From contig CAXXFK010000024.1 in assembly GCA_963663965.2 (NCBI GenBank), positions 32,001 through 96,000 on the forward strand: 64,000 nt of DNA. The letters are read 5' to 3'. Shown here piece by piece: positions 52,084 through 61,219 of this stretch. The position numbers and the translations under genes are program-made. Below the pieces are notes generated by a model that saw nothing but the letters and a program-made list of their open reading frames with translations, was not told the DNA's origin and made no database searches. This DNA comes from Sedimentisphaerales bacterium (GTDB lineage Bacteria; Planctomycetota; Phycisphaerae; Sedimentisphaerales; SM23-30). Numbering within the stretch: the stretch's first letter is position 1; each line of letters starts with the position of its first letter.

Positions 52084-52113
52084 TAGAAAACTCATTTGTT
52101 AAGGGCTCTAAGA

Positions 52114-52470
52114 TTAAAAATCATCAACCGCATCTTCCCGCCGATCATAGAACTCGAAGATCCGATCCAGATGGGTCAATTGAAATATCTCATACAGATT
52201 CTTCTTAAGACAGCAAAATTTCAAATGCCCACCCCGCTCTTCAACGCGTTTGCTGAAACGGATGAGTACGCCCAACGCGCTGGAACTCAATGAATTGACA
52301 CGACGGAAGTCCAGAACGAGTTTCATGTCGACTGGTTTTCCAATCGCCAATGATAACAATTCTTCACCCAACGCATGAATCGTTAAATCATCGAGAATTT
52401 CAGAGTCTTGTATGACAGCTATCGTCACGCCAAATTCTTCCATAATTCTAATTTTTGTTTTTTCCTGCAT
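52114..52470 (-). CDS. STAS-domain protein (anti-sigma factor antagonist)
   Basis: LVLDFRRVNSLSSSALGVLI (phosphorylatable Ser) and EIFQLTHLDRIF. Confidence 0.88.
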   Translation of the reverse strand: MQEKTKIRIMEEFGVTIAVIQDSEILDDLTIHALGEELLSLAIGKPVDMKLVLDFRRVNSLSSSALGVLIRFSKRVEERGGHLKFCCLKKNLYEIFQLTHLDRIFEFYDRREDAVDDF

Positions 52471-52494
52471 TGATCTATTCCTTCTTGAAATTGT

Positions 52495-52804
52495 TTATAA
52501 CCAGAGTATTTCATTACTGCGACGCATGCTGATTTCATCTACTACACCACGGCATTTCCTGGTAGCCAGTAAATATAAAACAGCATCCACTTCTTCAGCA
52601 AGAATCGATTCATCTGGATTGAAATCAGGTCGCATTTGACTGGCCATCGGAGTATCCACGCCTCCCGGGCAACGCGTATGTACCCTGCCCCTATTAACCA
52701 CTGCGATCCATAATTGGCCAGTTGCTCGGCAATGGCGCTCCCGATCCCTCCACCGGCGCCGGTAATCAATGCTACTTTCCCGTTAAGTGGCCATAATCGA
52801 TCAT
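52495..52804 (-). pseudogene. Short-chain dehydrogenase/reductase relic with a large internal deletion and frameshifts
   Basis: N-terminal MIDYGHLTG(K)VALITGAGGGIGSAIAEQLA and C-terminal RVHTRCPGGVDTPM...AVLYLLA...VVDEISMRR lie in different frames within 310 bp. No YxxxK core is present. Confidence 0.75.
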
Positions 52805-52811
52805 AGTTTCA

Positions 52812-53870
52812 CTAGCCTTCGTTCCGCATTTTTATTTTCATACTCCGTAGCTGCCCACAGGCCGCTTCGATCTCACTGCCCTTACTTTTTCGTAAATGAG
52901 CATTAATACCAGCGTTTTTCAATGCTTCAACAAACGACTTGACTCCAGTTGGAGAAACCGGATCAAATGGACTTCCCGGCGTTTTATTATAATTTATGAC
53001 ATTCACATTACACCGGCTTTTTCCGATCAAATCGGCCAGCTGTCGGGCGTGATGAGGACTTGAATTAACCTCCGCTAATAAAACATACTCCAACGTCACT
53101 TCACGATGTGTATTGTGATAATAATCATCGATGGCATCAAAGATTTCGGCCAGCCGGTATTTTTGAGCCCAGGGAATCAATTTCGCTCTCAAAGCATCAT
53201 CCGGTGCATGCAAACTCACTGCCAGGGTAAACTGCTCCGGTTCCTGTCCAAATAATCGAATACGCTCCGGCAATCCGATCGTACTCACCGTTATATGCCG
53301 AGAAGCTATTTTCATACCCCATCCAGCATTCAAAGTACGCATGGCCTGCAATGAGGCTTCATAATTCAGGAAAGGCTCTCCCATACCCATTAAAACAATA
53401 TGAGATATTCTTTCATCCTTATTCAGAAGGGACGCCGCATGGAGAACCTGTTCGACAATCTCTCCGGCGGTCAGTGACCGCTGTAAACCGGTTTGTCCTG
53501 AAGCGCAAAACCCGCATCCAACCGGACAGCCGATCTGGGTAGACACACACACGGTATGACGATTGGCTTCCCGCATCAATACCGCTTCAGAATACTCATC
53601 CTGCTCCCATTGAATTAATAATTTTTGCGTGCCATCCGAACACTCATGAACCTGACGAATTGCGCCGGAATAAATGGTACAACGGCTCATCATGATTTCT
53701 CGCAACGTTTTTGACAAGTTGCTCATTTTGTCCCAATTACCAGCACGTTGCTCATAGACCCATTTTAATATCTGGTCAGCGCGCCAGGCGGGTTGCTGTA
53801 TCGAAAGCAAGTCCGCTTTGAGCGAATCACAGGTCATATCCAAAAGATGCGGTTTCGAGTTCACTGCCAT
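52812..53870 (-). CDS. rlmN: 23S rRNA (adenine-C2)-methyltransferase RlmN
   Basis: CVSTQIGCPVGCGFCASG (radical SAM), MGMGEP, SLHAP, EYVLL, AACGQL. Confidence 0.92.
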   Translation of the reverse strand: MAVNSKPHLLDMTCDSLKADLLSIQQPAWRADQILKWVYEQRAGNWDKMSNLSKTLREIMMSRCTIYSGAIRQVHECSDGTQKLLIQWEQDEYSEAVLMREANRHTVCVSTQIGCPVGCGFCASGQTGLQRSLTAGEIVEQVLHAASLLNKDERISHIVLMGMGEPFLNYEASLQAMRTLNAGWGMKIASRHITVSTIGLPERIRLFGQEPEQFTLAVSLHAPDDALRAKLIPWAQKYRLAEIFDAIDDYYHNTHREVTLEYVLLAEVNSSPHHARQLADLIGKSRCNVNVINYNKTPGSPFDPVSPTGVKSFVEALKNAGINAHLRKSKGSEIEAACGQLRSMKIKMRNEG

Positions 53871-53892
53871 TCCTGAAATGAATCAAAGAAAA

Positions 53893-54912
53893 CTAAATTT
53901 TAAACAAGTCGCCGTATTCTTTCATTTGTTCCGGAGATTGAGTACGGGCTGACAAATAAGCTAATTCTATTACTGAGATGGAAGCCAGGTGGTCCACTGC
54001 CTGACTGACAGGCAGATTAACCAGGCCCTGGATACAATCGGAAAAATGCTGTAATTGCAGCAGTGGGAAGTTCTCGGGTAACAGTTCAGATCGATATTCA
54101 TCCAAACATACACCCATTAGATCTTTTTGCCGGTAAATCGCCTCTTCCACTTCAATGATACCCTCAGTACCATAAAAAACGATTCGGGTTCTGGATGGAT
54201 CAGCCATCCAGGTACATATTACCTCAGCTACCGCTCCGCCATTAAATCCCAAAGTCAGAACCGCAGTATCTTCGGTCTGTAAAGGAGGTAAAAACCGTTT
54301 TGAACAGAAATTCGTATGATGACAAAAAATCGATTCGGGTCTCCCGATTGCCAGGATTATCTGATCGATCAGTGGATAACCCAAATCCATCAGCACCCCA
54401 CCCCCGGCAAGAACCGGATCGCCTCGATAACCTGGATTATCCGGAATATTCATATACCCTTCCGCGCGGATCAAAAATATTTTGCCGATTAAACCATCCT
54501 GAATGGCCCGTCTGGCACGCCCAAATACCGGATTAAATCGCCAGGGCGCTTCCACCTGAAACAGGCGTTTAACTTTATTCATCCCTGATATCCATTGGGA
54601 AGCCTCCGCTACAGTTCGACCAACAGGCCCCGTTTTAAATACATGTAAACCGTTGCGAATCGCCAGGGTTATACATTCCTGGCAGGCATGAGATGGCATT
54701 AATAAGACCAGAGCATCCAGTTTCTCCTGGACAATTAATAACCGCAAATCATCGTATCCCGTTACATCCAGTTCCCTGGCAACCTGATCAGCTTTTTCCC
54801 GGTCTGGATCGCCGACAGCCACCACTGCAAAATGGTCCTGATCCGTCAGGAAATCGATATAGGCGCGATAATCGACTGAAAGTCCTATGATACCTGTTTT
54901 TAGTTGTTCCAT
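53893..54912 (-). CDS. Gfo/Idh/MocA-family oxidoreductase, divergent
   Basis: IGKIF, GDPVLAGGGVLMDLGYPLID, TEDTA, YGTEG. The usual EKP motif reads KTGP. Confidence 0.75.
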   Translation of the reverse strand: MEQLKTGIIGLSVDYRAYIDFLTDQDHFAVVAVGDPDREKADQVARELDVTGYDDLRLLIVQEKLDALVLLMPSHACQECITLAIRNGLHVFKTGPVGRTVAEASQWISGMNKVKRLFQVEAPWRFNPVFGRARRAIQDGLIGKIFLIRAEGYMNIPDNPGYRGDPVLAGGGVLMDLGYPLIDQIILAIGRPESIFCHHTNFCSKRFLPPLQTEDTAVLTLGFNGGAVAEVICTWMADPSRTRIVFYGTEGIIEVEEAIYRQKDLMGVCLDEYRSELLPENFPLLQLQHFSDCIQGLVNLPVSQAVDHLASISVIELAYLSARTQSPEQMKEYGDLFKI

Positions 54913-54925
54913 ATTCTTATCAATT

Positions 54926-54961
54926 AAAAAGAAAACGCTCCTGATCTCTTATTCAGGAGCG
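54926..54961 (-). terminator. Terminator after ahcY
   Basis: CGCTCCTGA / TCAGGAGCG stem followed on the minus strand by TTTTCTTTTT. Confidence 0.75.
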
Positions 54962-54998
54962 CCTATTATATGTCAGATAACAGGATATTCAACACTAA

Positions 54999-56324
54999 TC
55001 AATACCGATAGTGTTCAGGTTTATAAGGCCCATCCTTGGGAATCCCCAGATAATCCGATTGCCGGCCTGAAAGGACTTCCAATCGAACTCCCAGTTTGGT
55101 CAAATGCAAACGAGCCACTTCTTCGTCCAGTTTTTTCGGTAAACAATAAACCTTATTTTCATAGGACTTATAATTTTTGAACAGTTCGATCTGGGCTAAT
55201 ACCTGGTTTGTAAAAGAATTACTCATAACAAACGATGGATGGCCGGTTGCACACCCCAGGTTTACCAACCTGCCTTCGGCCAGCACGATAATACTATGCC
55301 CATCCGGGAAAGCAAACAAATCAACTTGAGGCTTGATATTCATTTTCTTTACACCGGGATAAGCCACTAAACCAGCCATATCAATTTCAATATCAAAATG
55401 ACCAATATTACATACGATGGCCTGATCTTTCATCCGCGCCATATGTTCTACTGTAATCACATCGCAACATCCAGTGGTTGTTACAAAAATATCCCCTTCT
55501 TCCACGGCATCATCCATAGGCTTCACTTCATAACCTTCCATGGCCGCCTGTAAAGCACAAATCGGATCGATTTCCGTAATAATAACCCGGGCTCCATATG
55601 ATTTCATTGACTGGGCGCATCCTTTACCTACATCGCCATATCCTGCAATTATCACAACTTTACCGGCCACCATCACATCTGTGGCACGCTTGATACCATC
55701 CGCTAATGATTCACGACACCCATATTTGTTGTCAAATTTACTTTTGGTAACCGAATCATTTACATTAATGGCAGGACACAGCAACTTCCCTTGTTTCTGT
55801 AATTTTTCCAGATTATGCACACCTGTTGTCGTCTCCTCGGAAATCCCGCGAACCTGTCGCATCATGTCAATATATTTTGGCAACAACATCATATTGGTAA
55901 GGTCGCCGCCATCATCCAGAATCATATTCGGACCTTTGCCATCCGGCCAATCTATTGTTTGCTCAATACACCATTCGTATTCTTCCAGTGTTTCTCCTTT
56001 CCAGGCGTAAACCGGAATATCCTTTGCCGCAATAGCAGCGGCAGCATGATCCTGGGTGGAAAAGATATTGCAACTTGACCAGCGAACTTCTGCGCCTAAC
56101 TCAATTAGTGTTTCAATCAGAACAGCCGTTTGGATAGTCATATGAATACAACCCGAAATCCGAGCGCCCTTTAATGGCTGAACCAATCCATGCTCCTTAC
56201 GTAAACTCATCAGTCCTGGCATCTCCTTTTCTGCCAGAACGATTTCTTTACGCCCCCATTCCGCCAGTGAAATATCTTTTACTTTATAATCCATTTTTTT
56301 TGTCGTTTCAGTTAATTGAGACAT
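54999..56324 (-). CDS. ahcY: Adenosylhomocysteinase (SAH hydrolase)
   Basis: [71 protein letters not shown]. Confidence 0.97.
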   Translation of the reverse strand: MSQLTETTKKMDYKVKDISLAEWGRKEIVLAEKEMPGLMSLRKEHGLVQPLKGARISGCIHMTIQTAVLIETLIELGAEVRWSSCNIFSTQDHAAAAIAAKDIPVYAWKGETLEEYEWCIEQTIDWPDGKGPNMILDDGGDLTNMMLLPKYIDMMRQVRGISEETTTGVHNLEKLQKQGKLLCPAINVNDSVTKSKFDNKYGCRESLADGIKRATDVMVAGKVVIIAGYGDVGKGCAQSMKSYGARVIITEIDPICALQAAMEGYEVKPMDDAVEEGDIFVTTTGCCDVITVEHMARMKDQAIVCNIGHFDIEIDMAGLVAYPGVKKMNIKPQVDLFAFPDGHSIIVLAEGRLVNLGCATGHPSFVMSNSFTNQVLAQIELFKNYKSYENKVYCLPKKLDEEVARLHLTKLGVRLEVLSGRQSDYLGIPKDGPYKPEHYRY

Positions 56325-56637
56325 CTAATACCTCACAAAAGGTTAAGCTTTTTAGTTAGCGTCATAATCCTGAACATATAACGTCCGATATTACTTTAAC
56401 ATAATCTGCTCTCACTAACAAGATTATCGGCTGAAATTTACCCTAATTCTTTAAATAATAATCCGATACATATCATTAGCACATAGGAAACCACCAATCA
56501 GCCTGATCCGAAAAGGCATCTTTATCCCTATAATCAGCAAAATCCATTTTTTAGGCACAACCTGAATTATCCATATCTTTGGAATTTGTTTATAAGTCCA
56601 TATTTACATTAATTTTATCGTCAAATACAAATTCAAG

Positions 56638-56667
56638 TTGACAGGACTCTGTCACGATAGATAAGAT
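56638..56667 (+). promoter_or_regulatory. Sigma70-type promoter for the HTH-REC gene, overlapped by a TGACAG-N4-CTGTCA palindrome
   Basis: TTGACA at 56638-56643, 18-bp spacer, TAAGAT at 56662-56667. Confidence 0.55.
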
Positions 56668-56709
56668 AGCTAACATAGGCAATATAACTAAACTTTAACT
56701 AATAGATAA
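56656..56709 (+). repeat. 9-bp-periodic degenerate direct-repeat array (about NATAGHTAA)
   Basis: In exact 9-bp register: GATAGATAA, GATAGCTAA, CATAGGCAA, TATAACTAA, (ACTTTAACT), AATAGATAA. Confidence 0.7.
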
Positions 56710-56733
56710 CAAATTCTCGTTGAGGTATCTCTT

Positions 56734-57300
56734 ATGAAAAATGTTTATTCAACGGGTGAAGCAGCTCAAGTATGCAAAGTCAGCCAGCAAACAATTATCA
56801 GATGTTTCGACTCTGGTAAACTCCAAGGGTTCCGGGTACCAGGTTCAAGATTTCGCAGGATACCCCGTGAAAGCCTGGTCAAATTTATGCAGGAGAACGA
56901 TATCCCGCTGGATAATCTCGATAACGGTCGTCGCAAAGTGCTGGTTGTTGATGATGATCCAGAAATTGTTGAACTGATGGTGGATGTATTGGAGCGGGAT
57001 GGGCGCTTTGAAGTAAAAACAGCCGCCAGCGGCTATGATGCCGGTGTTCTTACCCAGGAGTTCCAACCAGATATGATGATCCTGGATTATATGCTGCCCG
57101 ATGTCAATGGGAATGTTGTCTGCAAAACCATTCGCCAGAATCCTATTTTTGAACACATGAAAATTATTATTGTCAGCGGAGTTGTCAACCAGGATGAAAT
57201 TAATGAGTTGATCAATCTGGGTGCCAATGATTTCATGAAAAAACCTTTTAGTATTGATGATTTGGTAGGAAAGATGGTGAAGTTACTTGGGATCAACTGA
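56734..57300 (+). CDS. Response regulator with N-terminal excisionase/MerR-like (HTH_17) DNA-binding domain
   Basis: YSTGEAAQVCKVSQQTIIRCFDSGKLQGFRVPGSRFRRIP; REC motifs VLVVDDD, ILDYMLPD (phospho-Asp) and KKPF. Confidence 0.9.
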   Translation: MKNVYSTGEAAQVCKVSQQTIIRCFDSGKLQGFRVPGSRFRRIPRESLVKFMQENDIPLDNLDNGRRKVLVVDDDPEIVELMVDVLERDGRFEVKTAASGYDAGVLTQEFQPDMMILDYMLPDVNGNVVCKTIRQNPIFEHMKIIIVSGVVNQDEINELINLGANDFMKKPFSIDDLVGKMVKLLGIN

Positions 57301-57341
57301 TCTTGTAAAAGAAAAGAGAACGGTTTGACCGGAACAATGCA

Positions 57342-59630
57342 ATGAATCGCGATCAACATTTAAAAAGTAAAAAAATCGAGTTGGTTTTGCAACAGCTGAA
57401 CAGCTTGCCAACTCTACCAGCCGTGGCCGCCCGGCTATTACAGTTGACAGTTGCCAACGATACTCAAGCCCAGGAGGTAGTCCGCCTGATTGAGTCGGAT
57501 CCTTCTCTGGCCAGTAAAATTATCGCCATGGCCACAAACGCCTCAACTGGAATTGGTCGTCAAACCGTTACACTTAGCAAAGCCGTGGTACTACTGGGAT
57601 TCGATGCGGTCCGTAATGCCGTTTTGAGTATTAAGGTATTTGAGGCGCTGGGAAAAGAAAATGACCAGAATGTCGATTTTGACAAAATCGGTTTCTGGAA
57701 ACACAGTCTGGCGGTTGCCTGTGCCGCCAAGTTGATAGCAGAGCTTGAAGAGAAAAATATTGATCCGGAAGAAGCTTTTTTATGTGGCTTGCTACATGAT
57801 ATCGGCAAACTGGCCCTGGTCACTTGCCTGCCTCGCAGTTATAACCGGGTTATAGAACTCACTGAATCGACTCTCGGCAATATCGCCGAAACTGAAAATG
57901 TGGTCCTAGGCATTGACCATACCATAGCCGGAAAACGCCTGGCGGAAAAATGGCAGATGCCCGATGCCATTATCGAAAATATCTGGTTGCATCATCAATG
58001 GGTTAAGGGGCTGCCGGATGTCATCAAAAATAAGCGTATTATCCAAATTGTACATCTGGCCGATATTATTGCCCGCGAACAGCACATCGGTTATTCAGGT
58101 AATCATGTGATTCAGGATTCCTCCATGCAGGTTGCCCGCGATCTCGGATTCCGCGACCAGACCGTCAAAACAATCATCCAGAAACTTCATGAAGAAATTG
58201 GTCGTCGGGCTACTATTCTTGGGCTGGATGAAATTGATCCGGAAGAACTCTATCGCGAAGCCCTGTCCGACGCCAATTCAGAATTAAGCCGTCTGAACAG
58301 CCGGTTGCAGAATCAGAACAACCGCTTAAAAGTGCGTAGCGATTACCTTGATCTGTTAAACCGTTTAGCCGGATCTCTCAATGCCGGCCAGACAGTAGCG
58401 ACCGTATGCGAAACCATAGCCAGTCATTGGCGTAATCAACAACAATGCCAGGGATGCGCCGTTTACCTGACCGATTTCAACAGCGAAATCATCGAAGGTA
58501 TTTTCTATTCAGGGTCCGACAATCAATCGACTTCTTTCATCGTTGACCTGACTGAAGATCCCACCAGTGACCTGAATGAAGCGGGAGGGAATCCATTTGT
58601 TCCTTCACATGTCAATGAAACGCATTATTGGTTTTTTGAACAAGTCGCCCCGACATTTAACATGGGTTCAACAATCGCAATACCACTAAACATTGGCCCC
58701 CAACTCAAAGGCGGCATTCTCTGGGAATCACCTGAGAGCCTGGAATACTATAAAGATCAAGCCGCTGAAATTCGAGCCTTCGCGTCCTGTGTATCCCTGT
58801 TGCTTAACCAGGCGCATATTTTGCAAAATCAATCACGGTTATGTGAACAGCTCACCCGTGGTAATGAGCTGTTACAACGGGCTCAAAAAGAATTACTACG
58901 CAAACGAAATCTGGCTGCCGCAGGCGAAATGGCCGCTGGAGCGGCCCATGAAATTAATAATCCACTGGCTGTTATCGTTGGACGTTCCGAATGGCTCGCC
59001 AAAGACGAAACGGATCTGAAACGCAAAGAAACACTCGAAAAAATCGCTCAGCAAGGCAAATTGATCACTGATATTATAACTGAGTTAATGGCATTCGCCA
59101 AGCCAACCCTGCCTCAACAAAAAGTCAGTAATATCGAACAGATTGTAACCGACGCAGTTCAGCAACTGGAAAAACACCCCGATACTACCGCTGAAATTCA
59201 GGCTAATTTCGAAGAGTTTCTACCTGAAGTATTCACGGATTCCGAACAAATTTCATTGGCCATAACCGAGCTGCTTCTCAATGCGATTCAGTCATATCGG
59301 GCTCAACAAGTTCCTGAAATTACGATTTCAGCAGCTTGTAACGATGTGACACAAGAAGTGTGCATCGAAATCGCTGACCAGGGTTGCGGAATGGATGACC
59401 AGACTTTAAAAAAGGCTTTCGATCCTTTCTTTTCCGCCAAGCAGGCCGGCCGCAGACGTGGCATGGGACTCAGCCGCGCCTTACGTCTGATCGAAAGCAA
59501 TGGGGGTTCCCTGAGGCTTATCAGCCAGCCCAATCAAGGGACGATCGCAACTATCACCCTGCCTTTTTCGCAAAATAATAATGTTGTGGGAGTCACGACA
59601 GATCCCTTGTCCGGCTCAAGTTTCAATTAA
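57342..59630 (+). CDS. Cytoplasmic HDOD - GAF-like - histidine kinase
   Basis: LPTLP, FWKHSLAVA, LLHDIGK (HDOD); AHEINNPL H-box; LNAIQ, DQGCGM, FDPFF and GMGL ATPase boxes. No TM segments seen. Confidence 0.88.
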   Translation: MNRDQHLKSKKIELVLQQLNSLPTLPAVAARLLQLTVANDTQAQEVVRLIESDPSLASKIIAMATNASTGIGRQTVTLSKAVVLLGFDAVRNAVLSIKVFEALGKENDQNVDFDKIGFWKHSLAVACAAKLIAELEEKNIDPEEAFLCGLLHDIGKLALVTCLPRSYNRVIELTESTLGNIAETENVVLGIDHTIAGKRLAEKWQMPDAIIENIWLHHQWVKGLPDVIKNKRIIQIVHLADIIAREQHIGYSGNHVIQDSSMQVARDLGFRDQTVKTIIQKLHEEIGRRATILGLDEIDPEELYREALSDANSELSRLNSRLQNQNNRLKVRSDYLDLLNRLAGSLNAGQTVATVCETIASHWRNQQQCQGCAVYLTDFNSEIIEGIFYSGSDNQSTSFIVDLTEDPTSDLNEAGGNPFVPSHVNETHYWFFEQVAPTFNMGSTIAIPLNIGPQLKGGILWESPESLEYYKDQAAEIRAFASCVSLLLNQAHILQNQSRLCEQLTRGNELLQRAQKELLRKRNLAAAGEMAAGAAHEINNPLAVIVGRSEWLAKDETDLKRKETLEKIAQQGKLITDIITELMAFAKPTLPQQKVSNIEQIVTDAVQQLEKHPDTTAEIQANFEEFLPEVFTDSEQISLAITELLLNAIQSYRAQQVPEITISAACNDVTQEVCIEIADQGCGMDDQTLKKAFDPFFSAKQAGRRRGMGLSRALRLIESNGGSLRLISQPNQGTIATITLPFSQNNNVVGVTTDPLSGSSFN

Positions 59631-59672
59631 TTAACCAGTCAAACAGGCTGATCATGCAAATGTCCCGGAGAT

Positions 59673-60779
59673 ATGGAGAACATTTTGCCGTTAGAATCGA
59701 ATAAACTGGTAGTCCTGTCTCTGCTTTCTGAAGCCATTGGCCAGGAAGTCAAACAGGCTCTTTCCCACCATAAAGAAATCAAGATTCTTTCTTGTGTTCC
59801 TGCCAATCATTCCGGCGGTTTTAGAAAATATCTGACACCTGATTTCTGGTCAGCCATTGCGGAACGGGATTTTGATATTGTTTTGCTGCAATTTGACTCG
59901 GAAAGCCAGCAGGAGTTGGATGCTTATCCCAAAACACAAACGTCCTCCACAGAACCCTGGCCCTGGAACGCAATTGATCCAACTGTTATCGCGACTATTA
60001 CAGATTCTGATCAAGCCCTGACAGCCGCGGCGGCTCAATATGATTTCTCCGGGATATTGGTTATGCCACTGGACAGTAACCAGATCATACAGTCTTTTGA
60101 TATCGCACTCCGACGCCATCGCACCCGCAGGCGGTTTGCCAGACGATATGAAAAAATTGTCGCGCTTTTGAAGCGGGTCAATGGTGAACAGAAACGTTTA
60201 CGCCAGAAAGTGGACCTGGTTTGCCAGGATCTGGTGCAATCCAATATCGATCTGGCCCGGTCTATCTCCTCATTAAGAGAGGCGTATGAATTCCAGATGG
60301 ACATGACGGGCGAATTCGATATCAAAGTGTTATTGCACAAGGCGCTGGCTGTTATCAGACAAAAAACACCTGACACGGGCCTGTCAATATATTTATGTCA
60401 ATCTCGGCAATTCGAAGCTCATATTGTCTCTGACTGGTTTGAACAGGCACACGATCTGCATGATATCGAGTTTGCTTTTTACCAGACCATCCTGCCGGTA
60501 TCAACCCACAAACCACTCCTGATAACGGATGCCGGAACACTACCCAGACTGACCAGCCAGCAACGCCAGATCATGGCCAACCTCTCAGTACTGGCCATGC
60601 CCTTGCGGACCAGTGAAACAACTGTCGGAGTATTATTCCTCTATCGTCAGATGGATAATCCAGTGACCAACGCGGAACGATTGGCAATATCCACCTTTAT
60701 TGCTCCCCTGTCCCGCTCTATCGAATCATTACAGCGGCTAAACAATCATCTGGCCCAGCAAACTATCGCCTTGCAATGA
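59673..60779 (+). CDS. Degenerate receiver-like / coiled-coil / GAF-like protein
   Basis: DIVLLQFD and GILVMPL resemble REC strands without the Asp/Lys; coiled-coil middle; LAMPLRTSETTVGVLFL GAF-like end. Confidence 0.55.
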   Translation: MENILPLESNKLVVLSLLSEAIGQEVKQALSHHKEIKILSCVPANHSGGFRKYLTPDFWSAIAERDFDIVLLQFDSESQQELDAYPKTQTSSTEPWPWNAIDPTVIATITDSDQALTAAAAQYDFSGILVMPLDSNQIIQSFDIALRRHRTRRRFARRYEKIVALLKRVNGEQKRLRQKVDLVCQDLVQSNIDLARSISSLREAYEFQMDMTGEFDIKVLLHKALAVIRQKTPDTGLSIYLCQSRQFEAHIVSDWFEQAHDLHDIEFAFYQTILPVSTHKPLLITDAGTLPRLTSQQRQIMANLSVLAMPLRTSETTVGVLFLYRQMDNPVTNAERLAISTFIAPLSRSIESLQRLNNHLAQQTIALQ

Positions 60780-61007
60780 TCGCCTATATTTCTTAAGGAC
60801 ACCACTAAAATTCATTCAGGGTTGCAAGTGATCTGGCTTCCTTCCGGGCTGCGTCACAATAAAGCGAACATATTCAAATACGCCCGGTTCTTGGTTTCTG
60901 GCCATAGACAAATCATCCTCGCTTTCGCCTCTAATACAATTTTTAGAGGTACCCTAAAATTATCCATGTCGGTTATATACGGCAATCCCTGCTATCAAGT
61001 GAGGGGT

Positions 61008-61036
61008 TTGACAAAAAATGCATCTTGAACTATGAT
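61008..61036 (+). promoter_or_regulatory. Sigma70-type promoter for the trehalose genes
   Basis: TTGACA-17 bp-TATGAT. Confidence 0.65.
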
Positions 61037-61219
61037 GATCTGAATTACCTGACTTATATTAATTCAATATTCAAGATCATATCGCCCAAATGTTCTGATC
61101 TTCAACATCAATGATATCCCATTGAAGTTGTGCCGTTTTATATATTTGATCTTTTATTGATTATTCGATAGAATTGCTATTCTGGCAAATACTGATGTTT
61201 GCCTATCAGGATGACCAAA

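Noticed and set aside
51826..52095. 89-aa minus-strand ORF, or a known ncRNA (6S, SRP, riboswitch)
   Set aside because: No clear RBS or protein motif, and I could not fold it into a known RNA family. Only the plus-strand 39-aa ORF is kept, at low confidence.
52812..53870. Cfr resistance methylase or RiPP radical-SAM maturase
   Set aside because: The motifs and housekeeping context fit RlmN, and there is no SPASM or RRE domain.
56325..56520. SAH or SAM riboswitch upstream of ahcY
   Set aside because: The leader is AT-rich and I could not find the conserved riboswitch cores by eye. An Rfam scan would settle it.
56521..56733. Replication origin at the switch from minus- to plus-strand genes
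   Set aside because: No perfect DnaA box, the repeats have 9-bp rather than DnaA-trio 3-bp periodicity, and there are no dnaA/dnaN genes nearby.
56734..56900. Prophage or ICE excisionase
   Set aside because: The HTH is fused to an intact receiver domain beside a kinase, and no integrase, att site or phage genes are present.
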